DNA of 32,000 nt from Mycolicibacterium smegmatis. GTDB taxonomy: Bacteria; Actinomycetota; Actinomycetes; Mycobacteriales; Mycobacteriaceae. Below, one piece after another: positions 7,872-17,182 of this stretch. How positions within the stretch are numbered: the first letter of the stretch is position 1; every line of letters starts with the position of its first letter. The stretch is taken from contig NZ_LN831039.1 of the NCBI RefSeq assembly GCF_001457595.1, positions 4,080,001 through 4,112,000 on the forward strand, in the 5' to 3' direction. The position numbers and the translations under genes were made by a program. The notes below the pieces were generated by a model that saw only the letters and a list, made by a program, of their open reading frames with translations, had not been told where the DNA came from and searched no databases.

Positions 7872-9674
7872 TCAAGCCCCGCTCAGCGGGGCACTCCAGC
7901 GCACATGCGTCCCCGACCCGGCCGAGCTGGTGATCTGACAGCTGCCGCCGGCCTGTTGCGCCCGGGCTTTGAGGTTAGCCAACCCACTGCACCGCGCGGT
8001 GTTTGCCGGTATGCCTCGACCGTTGTCGACCACCTCGATATCGAGCCGATCCGATACCTCGATGGATATCGTCACGCTGGTCGCTCCGGAATGGCGCACC
8101 GCGTTGCTGATGGCTTCGACGATCACCGCTTCGGCATCGTCGGCCAGAGCGGGATCGACCGCGACGATGGGTCCGCTGATGCGTACGGTCGTCGCGAGGG
8201 GGCTGTTGTCGGTCACAGCCGCCACCGCCGCCTGAATCCGTTGCCGGAAACTCATGGCGGAAGCCGCGGGCGATTGCAGGTCGAAGATCGCCGTCCTGAT
8301 CTCGTCGATGATGGACTGCAGGTCGTCGACAGTGCGCGACAACCGCTCCTTGAGCAGATCGGACTTGGTGCGGGCGATGGTTCCTTGCAGGTCCATACCG
8401 GCCAGGAACAACCGCTGGATCACATGGTCGTGCAGATCCCTGGCGATGCGTTCCCGATCGCTCAACACGGTGAGTTGCCGTGCCTGCTCATTCGCCCGGC
8501 AGAGTGTGAGGGCCACGGCCGCGTGGTGCGCGAAATCCTCCATGATGGCCATCTCGTCCACGTCGAACGGCGGGTCGTCGGCGTCGCGGGCGACAGCGAT
8601 GACACCGAGGTTGTTGGTTGCCGAACGCAGTGGCACGACGATCGCGGGGCGGCGCCCCTGGTCGGTGAACGAAGTGATGGGGTATCTGAATCCATCCGTC
8701 ATCGTGGACTCCCCCGTGCGGAACACCCGTCCGCTCGTGGAGCCGGATACCGGCACCTGTTGCCCCTCGACCTCGTCGGCACGTGCGCCGGCGGCAACGG
8801 CAACCGTGAGGCTGCGAACCTCCTCCGGAGCCCGGTCCGCCTCGGACGGGACGAGTATGGCGGCCTGGCTCGCGACGGTGAGCTCCGCTGCCCGGCCGAC
8901 GATCAACCGCAGAGGGGCATCCTCTCCGCCGCTCATACCGAGCAAGGCCATGGTGATCTCACGGCTCGCGGAGACCCACCGCGCCACGGTGCGCACTTTG
9001 GCCAGATGCCACACACTGTGGACGACGTCCGCCGCCACCGTCGCGAGCACCTCGACAACCCCTACATGAGCGTCGGAGAACTCGAACCCGGCCCGGGAGT
9101 CGGCCACGTACAGACTGCCGAGCACTTCGCCGTGCGAGACGAGCGGCACGCCGAGCACAGCGCGCATCGGCGGGAGCAGCTCTGGCAGACCTACCTCGGC
9201 CGCAGATCGTGCAAGACCATCGATTCTGAGCGGACCTGTCCGATTGCGAAGAAACCCCAGCATGTCCCTGTCGGGCGAATCCGGGACCGCTTGCGCGAGG
9301 GCTCCTGCCTGCAGGAATGTCGCAGGTGTGCCGTTCGGGGCGCAGAGGCCGGCGGCACCGTAACAGGCACCTGATACCCGCATGATCGCGTCGAGAATGC
9401 CGTGCAGAGTGGACTCTGGTTCCAAACCGGCATCGAGCGAGGCCATGTCCTGCAACAACGCGGCCATCCGGACCTCGACCGCTTCGGGCGAGTCGTCCGT
9501 ATGCGACTGCCCCACGGGTCTACGCCAGGCCGGTCTCGCAACGATCGATCCAGTATCTCGAGCGCCCAAATCTGACCTCCACCCATCCTTCGACCTGGAC
9601 GCTACGCCTGTTGCGCATACCTGCAACCAAGAATTGACCGTGCCGTCAGCGCTCTCGAGGAACCGGTCCGCCAC
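7872..9674 (-). CDS. DevS/DosS/DosT-like sensor histidine kinase (GAF-GAF-HisKA_3-HATPase) lacking the proximal haem histidine
   Basis: It aligns without gaps to my recollection of Mtb DevS through PPMRAVLGVPL (DevS PPMRTFLGVPV), the H-box DRERIARDLHDHVIQRLF and the ATPase region (EAISNAVRHS, DNGRGIP, GLANLKARAQQAGG). The maximal ORF is given. Codons 1-50 have poor GC3, so the true start may be the ATG at 9467 (GAGG upstream) or the GTG at 9515. Confidence 0.85.
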   Translation of the reverse strand: MADRFLESADGTVNSWLQVCATGVASRSKDGWRSDLGARDTGSIVARPAWRRPVGQSHTDDSPEAVEVRMAALLQDMASLDAGLEPESTLHGILDAIMRVSGACYGAAGLCAPNGTPATFLQAGALAQAVPDSPDRDMLGFLRNRTGPLRIDGLARSAAEVGLPELLPPMRAVLGVPLVSHGEVLGSLYVADSRAGFEFSDAHVGVVEVLATVAADVVHSVWHLAKVRTVARWVSASREITMALLGMSGGEDAPLRLIVGRAAELTVASQAAILVPSEADRAPEEVRSLTVAVAAGARADEVEGQQVPVSGSTSGRVFRTGESTMTDGFRYPITSFTDQGRRPAIVVPLRSATNNLGVIAVARDADDPPFDVDEMAIMEDFAHHAAVALTLCRANEQARQLTVLSDRERIARDLHDHVIQRLFLAGMDLQGTIARTKSDLLKERLSRTVDDLQSIIDEIRTAIFDLQSPAASAMSFRQRIQAAVAAVTDNSPLATTVRISGPIVAVDPALADDAEAVIVEAISNAVRHSGATSVTISIEVSDRLDIEVVDNGRGIPANTARCSGLANLKARAQQAGGSCQITSSAGSGTHVRWSAPLSGA

Positions 9675-9737
9675 CGACCGGAATGGGTTCTTGCCAACGA
9701 AATCAACCGGGATTTGCCGGCCGCGCCGCTGACGAAT

Positions 9738-11234
9738 CTAGATCGCCAGACAGCAGACGCGCTGTGCTTCTGTCACCGACTCGCGCAGCGGTCGACTGGT
9801 GTCGATCGAATGTCCGTGAACGATGCCTGCGCCCTGTTCTGCGAGGGCGTCGGCGATCTCCGGGGTCGCGTCCGACGTCGTGCCCGATCTCGACGCGATG
9901 CGTTCACCGGCCGCCACCACCGGAAGCGAGCAGGTGAACTCCACCACAGGGACCGCGGTTTCAGATGCGAGGAGGTGGGCGCGCTGACGCCGGCCGACGT
10001 CGCGCCACGTCCCGTCGAGGATCACCGACCGGCCGTGCGTGAGCGCATGACGTGCCCGCGCGAGCACTTCGTCGTAGACCGCCGCAACGTTTTTCGGAGC
10101 GTAGAGACCGGTGTCGAGTTCTCCTGCCGCACCACCGATCACGCCACTTTCCTGCAGATACCGACGGACGTCGTCGGTCGAGATCACCACGGCGCCCAGT
10201 TCTTCGGCGAGGGCCCGTGAAACAGTCGTCTTGCCGGTGCCAGGACCACCACCGACGATGACCAGCTGAACTGTGGCCGCGCGCAGACGATCAAGGGCGA
10301 TGTCGATGTGGCGGCACGCATCGGTGGCCGCCTCCGGTCGACCTTGGCCGACACGTATGCACTCGACTTTCGCACGGACCACCGCGCGGTAGGCCACGTA
10401 GAAATCCATCAGAGACTGCGGAGCGGTGTCATGCGCGTGGTGCCGGTAGCGGTCGACGAAGAATGCGCTGAGCTCGGGTGACCCGAGAAACTCCAGATCC
10501 ATCGCCAGAAAAGCGGCGTCATCGACGCCGTCGACATAGCGGAGAGTGTCGTCGAACTCCAGACAGTCGAGAATGGCCGGTCCCTCCGGTGTGCAGAAGA
10601 TGTCGTCTGCGAGCAGATCGGCATGTCCGTCGACGATGCGGCCGTCCGCGATGCGCTCGGCGAACAGCTCGGCGCGGCCGGACAGGTACTGCGAAGCCAG
10701 CCGGCGCACTTCACTCAGCTGCTCCGGCGGCACCAGCGACATGCGGGCCAGCTCGGTCAGATTTTCGTCCCAGCGGGCCCACACCGAGGTCGCGCGTGCC
10801 TGATCGTCGATGACCGCCCCGCGTCCGGCGTCGCGGTGAAAGCGCGCAAGGATCTCGGCGATCACGTCGAGTTGGTCGTTCACCTCAGCCCCTCGCGTGA
10901 CCAAGGTCGACAGCCTGTCGGCATCCCGGTAGCGGCGCATGACCACCACGGGTTCGTCAGGGCGATCCCCCGGCCCGACAAGGTGCGCCACACCGAGATA
11001 ACTGTTGGGGGCCAGGCGGCTGTTGAGTTCTACCTCTCGAAGACATGCCGCCTCGCGCTGCTGCGCTGTGGTGAAATCCAGGAAATCCGTCCGGACCGGC
11101 TTCTTGGCCTTGTACGCGAGGTCACCGATCAGCGCCACGAGCCCCGTGTGCGTCTCACGGATCTGCGCATCGAGATTTCCGAACGCAAACACTCTGTCGC
11201 GCTGCGCAACCGCCGTTTCCGGCTTGTCCTCCAT
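9738..11234 (-). CDS. Rv2004c-like bifunctional protein: aminoglycoside-phosphotransferase-like kinase domain plus C-terminal P-loop (AAA/zeta-like) kinase domain
   Basis: I chose the ATG at 11234 (MEDKPETAV...), which gives 498 aa, because the longer ORF from 11345 runs into the DosR box. An APH-type region (DGHADLLADDIF) is followed by the Walker A motif GGGPGTGKTTVSRALAEE. Confidence 0.8.
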   Translation of the reverse strand: MEDKPETAVAQRDRVFAFGNLDAQIRETHTGLVALIGDLAYKAKKPVRTDFLDFTTAQQREAACLREVELNSRLAPNSYLGVAHLVGPGDRPDEPVVVMRRYRDADRLSTLVTRGAEVNDQLDVIAEILARFHRDAGRGAVIDDQARATSVWARWDENLTELARMSLVPPEQLSEVRRLASQYLSGRAELFAERIADGRIVDGHADLLADDIFCTPEGPAILDCLEFDDTLRYVDGVDDAAFLAMDLEFLGSPELSAFFVDRYRHHAHDTAPQSLMDFYVAYRAVVRAKVECIRVGQGRPEAATDACRHIDIALDRLRAATVQLVIVGGGPGTGKTTVSRALAEELGAVVISTDDVRRYLQESGVIGGAAGELDTGLYAPKNVAAVYDEVLARARHALTHGRSVILDGTWRDVGRRQRAHLLASETAVPVVEFTCSLPVVAAGERIASRSGTTSDATPEIADALAEQGAGIVHGHSIDTSRPLRESVTEAQRVCCLAI

Positions 11235-11288
11235 GCTTGCATGGTGCCGCGTTCCGCGATCGTCCCGCCAGGGTCCTACGGCCCCCGG

Positions 11289-11308
11289 TTGAGGACCATA
11301 GTCCCTGT
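11289..11308. promoter_or_regulatory. DosR box TTGAGGACCATAGTCCCTGT (core AGGAC-CATA-GTCCC) shared by divergent genes
   Basis: This is the only box in the 132-bp divergent gap. The centre is 64.5 bp from the ATG at 11234 (-) and 68.5 bp from the ATG at 11367 (+). Confidence 0.65.
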
Positions 11309-11366
11309 TGATCTTGTTCTGGCACCGCCAGGCTGACAGGAGCACACGACACCGGGGACACGGAAC

Positions 11367-12356
11367 ATGAGAGATGCTCAGCCATCAGTCGACGTGATCG
11401 GTGACGCGCTGCGGTTGACGTGCCGAGCGCCCTCGCTGCACAACAGTCAACCGTGGCTGTGGGCCGCGGTCGACAAAACTCTTCACCTGTTCGTCGACAA
11501 ACAGCGCATCCTTTACTCCGCGGACCACATGGGCCGGGAGGCCGTGATCGGTTGTGGCGCGATGCTCGATCATTTCTGCGTCGCGATGGCCGCCGACGGC
11601 TGGGTGCCCAAGGTCGCCAGGCTGACTGATCGCGGCGATCCGCTGCACCTCGCGTCGATCGAATTCCCCGAGATCCGGCTGTTCCCGCGAGAGCACCGCC
11701 GACGACGTGCCGCCGCCATCAGCCGCCGCCGCACCGACCGACTACCGTTTGCCGAGCCTGCCGACTGGCCCACATTGGAAGTGCAGCTGCGCAAGTCGAT
11801 CGCCTTCGACACCGTAGGGTTCGACGTCGTGCCCGATCACGCACGACCCGAGCTGGCGTATGCCTCACGGCTCACCGAGTCCCTCCGCCAGTACGATTCG
11901 TCCTATCACGCCGAACTATATTGGTGGACAGGACAATTCGAGTCTATCGACGGAATACCCTACAGCGCTCTGGTCTCGGCCTCCGAATCGGAGCGGGTCG
12001 GCGTCGGCAGACGCTTCCCCAACCCCCGCACCGGTGACAGATGCGCCGGACCTGGCCACGATCAGGCAAAGGTCGTGGTGTTGTCCACGCTCGAGAACGA
12101 CCGCACGAGCATCTTGAACTGTGGCGAAGCGCTCTCGGCGGTCCTGCTGGACGCCACGGTCGCGGGAATGGCGACGTGCACGTTGACCCACATCACCGAG
12201 TTGGCCACGAGCAGAGACATCGTGGCTCGTCTGATCGGCCAGGAGGCCACTCCTCAGGTCTTGATCCGCGTCGGGGTGGCCACACGCGATGACGACGCCC
12301 CGGCCACCCCACGACGTCCGCTCGAAGAGTTTTTCACAGGGAGATCCCCATGGTGA
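11367..12356 (+). CDS. Acg-family nitroreductase-like protein (Rv2032/Rv3131/Rv3127 class), copy 1
   Basis: 329 aa with [23 protein letters not shown] and a C-terminal LIRVG...TPRRPLEEF block. All three are shared with the paralogues at 18540 and 24354. Confidence 0.85.
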   Translation: MRDAQPSVDVIGDALRLTCRAPSLHNSQPWLWAAVDKTLHLFVDKQRILYSADHMGREAVIGCGAMLDHFCVAMAADGWVPKVARLTDRGDPLHLASIEFPEIRLFPREHRRRRAAAISRRRTDRLPFAEPADWPTLEVQLRKSIAFDTVGFDVVPDHARPELAYASRLTESLRQYDSSYHAELYWWTGQFESIDGIPYSALVSASESERVGVGRRFPNPRTGDRCAGPGHDQAKVVVLSTLENDRTSILNCGEALSAVLLDATVAGMATCTLTHITELATSRDIVARLIGQEATPQVLIRVGVATRDDDAPATPRRPLEEFFTGRSPW

Positions 12357-13003
12357 CAGTCTTTCTCGTCGATGATCACGAACTCGTCCGGCGTGGCCTG
12401 ATCGACCTCGTCCGGTCCGATCCCGATCTGGATGTGATCGGCGAGGCAGGCTCGGTGTCCGAGGCGATGGCGCGGATACCCGCGTTGCGACCCGAAGTCG
12501 CGGTTCTCGACGTCCGGCTGCCCGACGGCAACGGGATCGAGCTGTGTCGCGACCTGTTGTCGCGACTGCCCGATCTGCGTTGTCTGATGCTCACCTCCTT
12601 CACGTCCGACGAGGCCACGCTCGACGCAATCCTCGCCGGTGCCAGCGGTTTCGTCATCAAGGACATCAAGGGCATGGACCTCACCCATGCCATCAAAGAG
12701 GTGGCAGCCGGACACTCCCTGCTGGACAACCGCGCCGCAGCCGCCCTGATGAAGAGACTTCGCGAGACAGCCTCACACTCCGACCCTCTCACCGGTCTGA
12801 GCGATCAGGAGCGCATGCTGCTGGAACTGCTGGGCGAAGGACTGACCAACAAGCAGATCGCCGAACGCATGTTCCTGGCGGAACGCACCGTCAAGAACTA
12901 CGTGTCACGCCTGCTGGCGAAACTCGGGATGGAGCGCCGCACGCAGGCGGCCGTGTTCATCTCCAAGCTGGACCACGGCCGCCACCACGACGAGCAATAC
13001 TGA
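12350..13003 (+). CDS. devR: DosR/DevR response regulator (NarL/LuxR family)
   Basis: 217 aa, near-collinear with my recollection of Mtb DosR: [91 protein letters not shown]. The ATG overlaps the nitroreductase stop (ATGGTGA), and AGGGAGA is a plausible SD. Confidence 0.95.
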   Translation: MVTVFLVDDHELVRRGLIDLVRSDPDLDVIGEAGSVSEAMARIPALRPEVAVLDVRLPDGNGIELCRDLLSRLPDLRCLMLTSFTSDEATLDAILAGASGFVIKDIKGMDLTHAIKEVAAGHSLLDNRAAAALMKRLRETASHSDPLTGLSDQERMLLELLGEGLTNKQIAERMFLAERTVKNYVSRLLAKLGMERRTQAAVFISKLDHGRHHDEQY

Positions 13004-13004
13004 C

Positions 13005-13895
13005 TCAGCCGCGGACCACCACAACCGGCCGTTCTGCGGCCTCTGCCACGCTGGTACTCACCGACCCGAGCAGCAGTCCGGCGAATCCACCGCGACCGTG
13101 GCTTCCGACAACGGTCAGCTGCGCGATCTCCGAGCGTTTCAACAACCTACGGTCGGGACGGTCGAGGACGACCTCGCGTCGCACGTGGACATCGGGATAC
13201 CGTTCCTGCCATCCCGCGAGACGCTCGGACAGACTCTCCTCGGCCTGCACCCGCAGATCGTCCCAACGCACTCCTGGGTAGCCGGCCACGTTGGCGTCGC
13301 TCCACGCGTGCACCGCCAACAGTGGCGCGCCTCGTCGAGAGGCTGCGTCGAACGCGAACTCCAGCGCCTTCTCCGAGGCCGGTGAACCGTCGACACCCAC
13401 GACGACCGGTGCCGTGGTCGCAATGGCAGAGGCCTTCGACTCGCCGTGGATCACCGCGACCGGACAGCGCGCATGCCGGATGAGACCCGCAGTGACCGAA
13501 CCCAAGAGTCTCCGGCCGATGGGCCCCAACCCGCGGCACCCGACGACGAGGAGCCGCGAGGACTCGGACAGTTCTGTCAGCGCGGCAACGACACTGCCTG
13601 CCACCACGACGTCGTCGACGTGGATCTCGACTGCTCCGCCGACCACGTCCTCGGCGACCTTGCGGGCCTCTTTGAGCAGTTGCTCGGCGTTGCGTTTGAG
13701 CTGATCCGCCAACGTGGTGGGCGCGGGGATCTCGGACCACGTCGCGCTACCGGGCGGCCACTGCATGACATGCACGATCCGCAGGGGAACCTTGTGCAGC
13801 ACGGCCTCCTTCGCCGCCCACTCCACCGCCGCTGTCGACGGTTCTGAACCATCCACGCCAACCAGAACGCCACGTGTGCCGGCTGAAGACGTCAT
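13005..13895 (-). CDS. Universal stress protein, tandem USP domains
   Basis: It has VLVGVDGSEPSTAAVEWAAKEA plus GCRGLGPIGRRLLGSVTA and GSHGRGGFAGLLLGSVST. The ATG at 13895 forms an ATGA overlap with the upstream Rv1733c-like stop. An alternative ATG lies at 13907. Confidence 0.9.
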   Translation of the reverse strand: MTSSAGTRGVLVGVDGSEPSTAAVEWAAKEAVLHKVPLRIVHVMQWPPGSATWSEIPAPTTLADQLKRNAEQLLKEARKVAEDVVGGAVEIHVDDVVVAGSVVAALTELSESSRLLVVGCRGLGPIGRRLLGSVTAGLIRHARCPVAVIHGESKASAIATTAPVVVGVDGSPASEKALEFAFDAASRRGAPLLAVHAWSDANVAGYPGVRWDDLRVQAEESLSERLAGWQERYPDVHVRREVVLDRPDRRLLKRSEIAQLTVVGSHGRGGFAGLLLGSVSTSVAEAAERPVVVVRG

Positions 13896-14482
13896 TGCAT
13901 TCCCCATTCTCGTTTTCCTGCGATGATCTCGAATTCACGTTCCCATTCGGCGTAGCGAGCCCGGTCGAACCTCCGGTGCAGCAAGATCAGCCCGCCGCCG
14001 ACGCCGGCTGCGAAGAGAATCCATGCCCACAGCGCCGTGAGAACCGCGTCGCCGACGGCGCGACCCTCACCGTGCGGAGGATCGATGACCTTGCCTGAGG
14101 GGTTGACCCAGATGGTCTGTTCGTCACCGACATTCGGAAAATCCGCCCATACGAGACGCCCGCGGTGTTGCTGTCCGTCGACAGTCCAGGTCGCGTCCGC
14201 CCGGTACGGCTGGGCGTGGCCCTCTGTGTTGACCAGCGCACCTCGTTCGGCCGCGACGGCAATCACCTGGCGTGCGTCGCGGGCCTGTGCGGCGTAGACC
14301 TGTTCACGGTCGTGATACACCGAGATCCCGATCGACGCCGTCAGCGGTATCGCCAGAACACACAACACCACGGCCGCGAGCCGCAACGCCCCTTCGATGC
14401 GGTCACGACGGCGCACCAGTGGGTTTCGGCTCCACACCACGGACCCCAACCACTCACCGACACCCAAGGTGAAAGTTTCCAT
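13892..14482 (-). CDS. Rv1733c-like conserved transmembrane protein
   Basis: ATG at 14482 (METFTLGV...) preceded by GAGGAA. WSRNPLVRRRDRIEGALRLAAVVL resembles Rv1733c FSRNPLVRGTDRLEAVVMLLAV. It has two TM helices flanking a soluble loop. The longer ORF from 14614 crosses the promoter. Confidence 0.75.
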   Translation of the reverse strand: METFTLGVGEWLGSVVWSRNPLVRRRDRIEGALRLAAVVLCVLAIPLTASIGISVYHDREQVYAAQARDARQVIAVAAERGALVNTEGHAQPYRADATWTVDGQQHRGRLVWADFPNVGDEQTIWVNPSGKVIDPPHGEGRAVGDAVLTALWAWILFAAGVGGGLILLHRRFDRARYAEWEREFEIIAGKREWGMQ

Positions 14483-14565
14483 GGTTCCTCGTTCATCGAG
14501 ACGCCCTGTTGTTACCGATTGCACCCGATCTTTCACCGGAGTCCTAGAGCACAAATACCTTCCGC

Positions 14566-14585
14566 GATGGGACTTCTGCCCCTGT
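14566..14585. promoter_or_regulatory. DosR-box-like palindrome GATGGGACTTCTGCCCCTGT (core GGGAC-TTCT-GCCCC)
   Basis: Lies in the 135-bp divergent gap. The centre is 42.5 bp upstream of the ATG at 14618. Confidence 0.55.
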
Positions 14586-14617
14586 CTGCGCGGTGGAACG
14601 GGGCGCACATTCACAAG

Positions 14618-16030
14618 ATGGACCGATTGAGCGCACTCGACGTCGCGTTCCTCGAGGCCGAGGACGCCGACCGCAATGTCAGTCTCGTCATCGGTGTGCT
14701 CGCGATCCTCGAGGGTTCACCGCCCACCGACCACGTACTGCTGGGCAGCGTCTACAACCGACTGATGTCCATTCCCCGATTCACCCAGATCGTCGAGCGT
14801 CAACCGCTCGACCTCGCAGCACCGCAGTGGGTCGAGGCCCACGATTTCAGCGTCGCACATCACGTTCGGCGCACTGCCGTGCCGCAACCCGGTGACGACA
14901 CCGCTCTGTTCGGCGTGGTCGCCGACATCATGGAACGCCGGCTCGACAGGTCTCGTCCGCTGTGGGAATGCTGGATCATCGAGGGACTGCCGTCAGACCG
15001 GTGGGCGATCCTGATGAAGATCCACCACTGCATCGCCGACGGCATCGCGGCCGCGCAGTTGTTGTCATATCTGTCCGACGAGGGCACCGTCGATTCGTTC
15101 TCCTCCGACATCGATGGGGCCAAACCAACTGCACCGCAGAAAAATCGACGCTTCGAGTTGACACTCAATCCCGTGCGGTTGATCCGCTCCGCGGTCGACG
15201 CCACCGCGTCGGTGGGATCCGAGGTCATACGGGTGGCCGAGGGCGCGCTCCAAATCGCCAGCGGCCTCCTGGACTCCCACCCGTTGCCTCTGCGCGGACC
15301 TGTGACGGATCTGCGCCGATACGCATCGACACAGGTGTCCCTGGCCGACGTGGGCAGGATCTGCCACGCATACGACGTGACCATCAACGACGTCGCCCTG
15401 GCCGCGATCACCGACAGCTTCCGCGCAGCCATGATCCGTCGCGGCGAACGTCCCGGTGCGCGTTCTCTGCGCACCCTGGTGCCCGTGTCGGTGCGTTCGA
15501 ACGACGCGGCCGCCCAGGTCGACAACCGGGTATCGCTCATGCTGCCGTGCCTGCCTGTGGACATCCACGACCCGGTCGAACAGCTCCTCACCGTTCATCG
15601 GCGCATGGAGAACGCCAAACGCACCGGCCAACGCCAAGCCGGCAGCGTCTTCGTCTCGGCGGTGAACTCCCTACCGTTCGGGATCACGACGCTGCTCGTG
15701 CGCGCGGCGGTCAGGATGCCCCAGCAGAGCGTGGTCACCTTGGCAACCAATGTTCCCGGTCCACGCCAACACCTGAAACTGTTGGGACATCGAGTGGTTC
15801 GGGTGGTACCTATCCCACCGATCGCACTCGGCCTCCGCACCGGTGTCGCCATCCTGAGCTACGCCGACGATCTCGTCTTCGGGATCACCGCCGACTTCGA
15901 CGCCATCCCCGACGTCGAGGTTCTCGCCGACGATATTCAGCGTGCCGTGGCGCGCCTGGCCAGGACCGCTGAGCTTCCCACCCGGCGCGCCCCTGACGGC
16001 ACCCTCACCGTCGTCACCACCCCGAGGTGA
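14618..16030 (+). CDS. Wax ester synthase/diacylglycerol acyltransferase (Tgs-type) with canonical HHxxxDG
   Basis: ATG at 14618 (MDRLSALDVAFLEAED...), 470 aa. It has the motif KIHHCIADGIAAAQ and the C-terminal NVPGP...LSYADDLVFGITAD block. The longer ORF from 14165 is antisense to the Rv1733c-like gene. Confidence 0.9.
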   Translation: MDRLSALDVAFLEAEDADRNVSLVIGVLAILEGSPPTDHVLLGSVYNRLMSIPRFTQIVERQPLDLAAPQWVEAHDFSVAHHVRRTAVPQPGDDTALFGVVADIMERRLDRSRPLWECWIIEGLPSDRWAILMKIHHCIADGIAAAQLLSYLSDEGTVDSFSSDIDGAKPTAPQKNRRFELTLNPVRLIRSAVDATASVGSEVIRVAEGALQIASGLLDSHPLPLRGPVTDLRRYASTQVSLADVGRICHAYDVTINDVALAAITDSFRAAMIRRGERPGARSLRTLVPVSVRSNDAAAQVDNRVSLMLPCLPVDIHDPVEQLLTVHRRMENAKRTGQRQAGSVFVSAVNSLPFGITTLLVRAAVRMPQQSVVTLATNVPGPRQHLKLLGHRVVRVVPIPPIALGLRTGVAILSYADDLVFGITADFDAIPDVEVLADDIQRAVARLARTAELPTRRAPDGTLTVVTTPR

Positions 16031-17012
16031 GATCCTCGGGCTCGGCCGCCAACGCGAACAACCGCTCGACCTCGGCGCGTCGGCACACCGCGGTGCCCGG
16101 GGTCAGCAGCATCGCCGCGCCGGCCGCGATGCCGTAACGCACCGACTTGGGCAGCGGCCACCCACGGCTCAGGCCGACCGTGATGGCCGCGACCATCGCA
16201 TCCCCTGCTCCGACCCCGCTGCCAGATGCCACCGGCACGGCCTTGAACCGCTGGCTCTGACGCGCGGTCACCATGAGGGCTCCGTCGCCCCCCAACGACA
16301 CGATGACCACGTCTGTCACACCACGATCGATGAGGTCCCTCGCCGCGGCGACCTGCTCACGCTCGGTGGTCAGTTCCTTGCCTGTGCATTCGCGCAACTC
16401 CCGCAAACTGGGCTTCAGTACGAACACCCCCGATTCGATGTGTGACAGTCCCCCACCCGAGGTGTCGAGGATGAGCGGTACCCCGGATTCACGACACATG
16501 TCGGCAATCTGCTGATAGAACCGGGGATCCACACCTGGTGGCAGGCTGCCACTGGCCACCACGAACTCCGCCGACATGGCGTGGCGGCGCAGGTTTTCCA
16601 CGCACTGCGCCTGTTCGGTCATGGTCAGGTGCGGGCCCGGCAGCACGAAACGGTACTGCTTGCCCGTACAACCCTCGTTCACGGTGAAGCTCTCACGCGT
16701 CACCCCCGAGATCTCGACAGGTTCGTACGCCACACCTTCCCGCCGCACCAGGTCGGCCACCATCGCACCGGTAGGGCCGCCAGATGTGAACACGGCAACT
16801 ACCGGTCCGTCCAGGACGTGCGCGACGCGAGCCACGTTTATGCCGCCGCCGCCTGGATCGTACCGGGTTGCGCCACAACGGATCTTGTCCGTGTGCCGAA
16901 CCTGGTCGGCACAGGTCGTGATGTCCAGCGCCGGATTCATCGTCAACGTCACGATGTTCGGTCTGCCGGTATCCATCCGGCGCTTGCCGACCGCGAACGC
17001 TGCGCTTCTCAT
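16014..17012 (-). CDS. pfkB: PfkB-family sugar kinase, phosphofructokinase B (Rv2029c-like)
   Basis: It matches my recollection of Rv2029c closely: TLTMNPALDITT, RYDPGGGGINVAR, TRESFTVNE..KQYRFVLPGP, FVVASGSLPPGV, GVGAGDAMVAAITVGLSRGW, AAGAAMLLTPGTA. The first ATG is at 17012; a TTG at 17018 and an ATG at 16976 are alternatives. Confidence 0.9.
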   Translation of the reverse strand: MRSAAFAVGKRRMDTGRPNIVTLTMNPALDITTCADQVRHTDKIRCGATRYDPGGGGINVARVAHVLDGPVVAVFTSGGPTGAMVADLVRREGVAYEPVEISGVTRESFTVNEGCTGKQYRFVLPGPHLTMTEQAQCVENLRRHAMSAEFVVASGSLPPGVDPRFYQQIADMCRESGVPLILDTSGGGLSHIESGVFVLKPSLRELRECTGKELTTEREQVAAARDLIDRGVTDVVIVSLGGDGALMVTARQSQRFKAVPVASGSGVGAGDAMVAAITVGLSRGWPLPKSVRYGIAAGAAMLLTPGTAVCRRAEVERLFALAAEPEDLTSGW

Positions 17013-17044
17013 GGGCAAAGTCCATCACCTGACCGGTGCCGTAC

Positions 17045-17064
17045 CTAGGGACCGAAGTCGCACG
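17045..17064. promoter_or_regulatory. DosR box CTAGGGACCGAAGTCGCACG (core GGGAC-CGAA-GTCGC)
   Basis: The centre is 42.5 bp upstream of the pfkB ATG at 17012. Confidence 0.65.
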
Positions 17065-17138
17065 GTTGGGTGTCGTTGGTCCGCGCCGGCAGGGTCAGCG
17101 CTTCGCTGCTGTGTGCGCGAGACCGTCCGGGCACGAGG

Positions 17139-17158
17139 ATTGAGACTTTCGTCCCTAC
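17139..17158. promoter_or_regulatory. DosR box ATTGAGACTTTCGTCCCTAC (core GAGAC-TTTC-GTCCC)
   Basis: Lies 94 bp (centre to centre) from the previous box. It may be a distal pfkB box, a box for the small + strand ORF, or both. Confidence 0.65.
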
Positions 17159-17182
17159 ACCCCGAGCCGGCCGCCGAACACG

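Noticed and set aside
7905-9374. A 489-aa ORF on the plus strand, antisense to the DevS-like kinase (with a 271-aa ORF at 8254-9069 as well)
   Set aside because: These are shadow ORFs with low-complexity Arg/Gly/Ser-rich translations. The minus-strand frame carries the conserved H-box, ATPase and GAF motifs.
7872-9674. The DevS-like gene as a decaying pseudogene, given the lost haem ligand and relaxed codon usage in GAF-A
   Set aside because: The ORF is uninterrupted for at least 531 codons, and the phospho-acceptor H-box and all ATPase motifs are intact. That argues for a functional, if divergent, kinase.
14531-14545. A second DosR box for the Rv1733c-like gene (TTCAC-CGGA-GTCCT)
   Set aside because: Only one half-site (GTCC) matches and the left half is essentially random. 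This is too weak to call without a PWM score.
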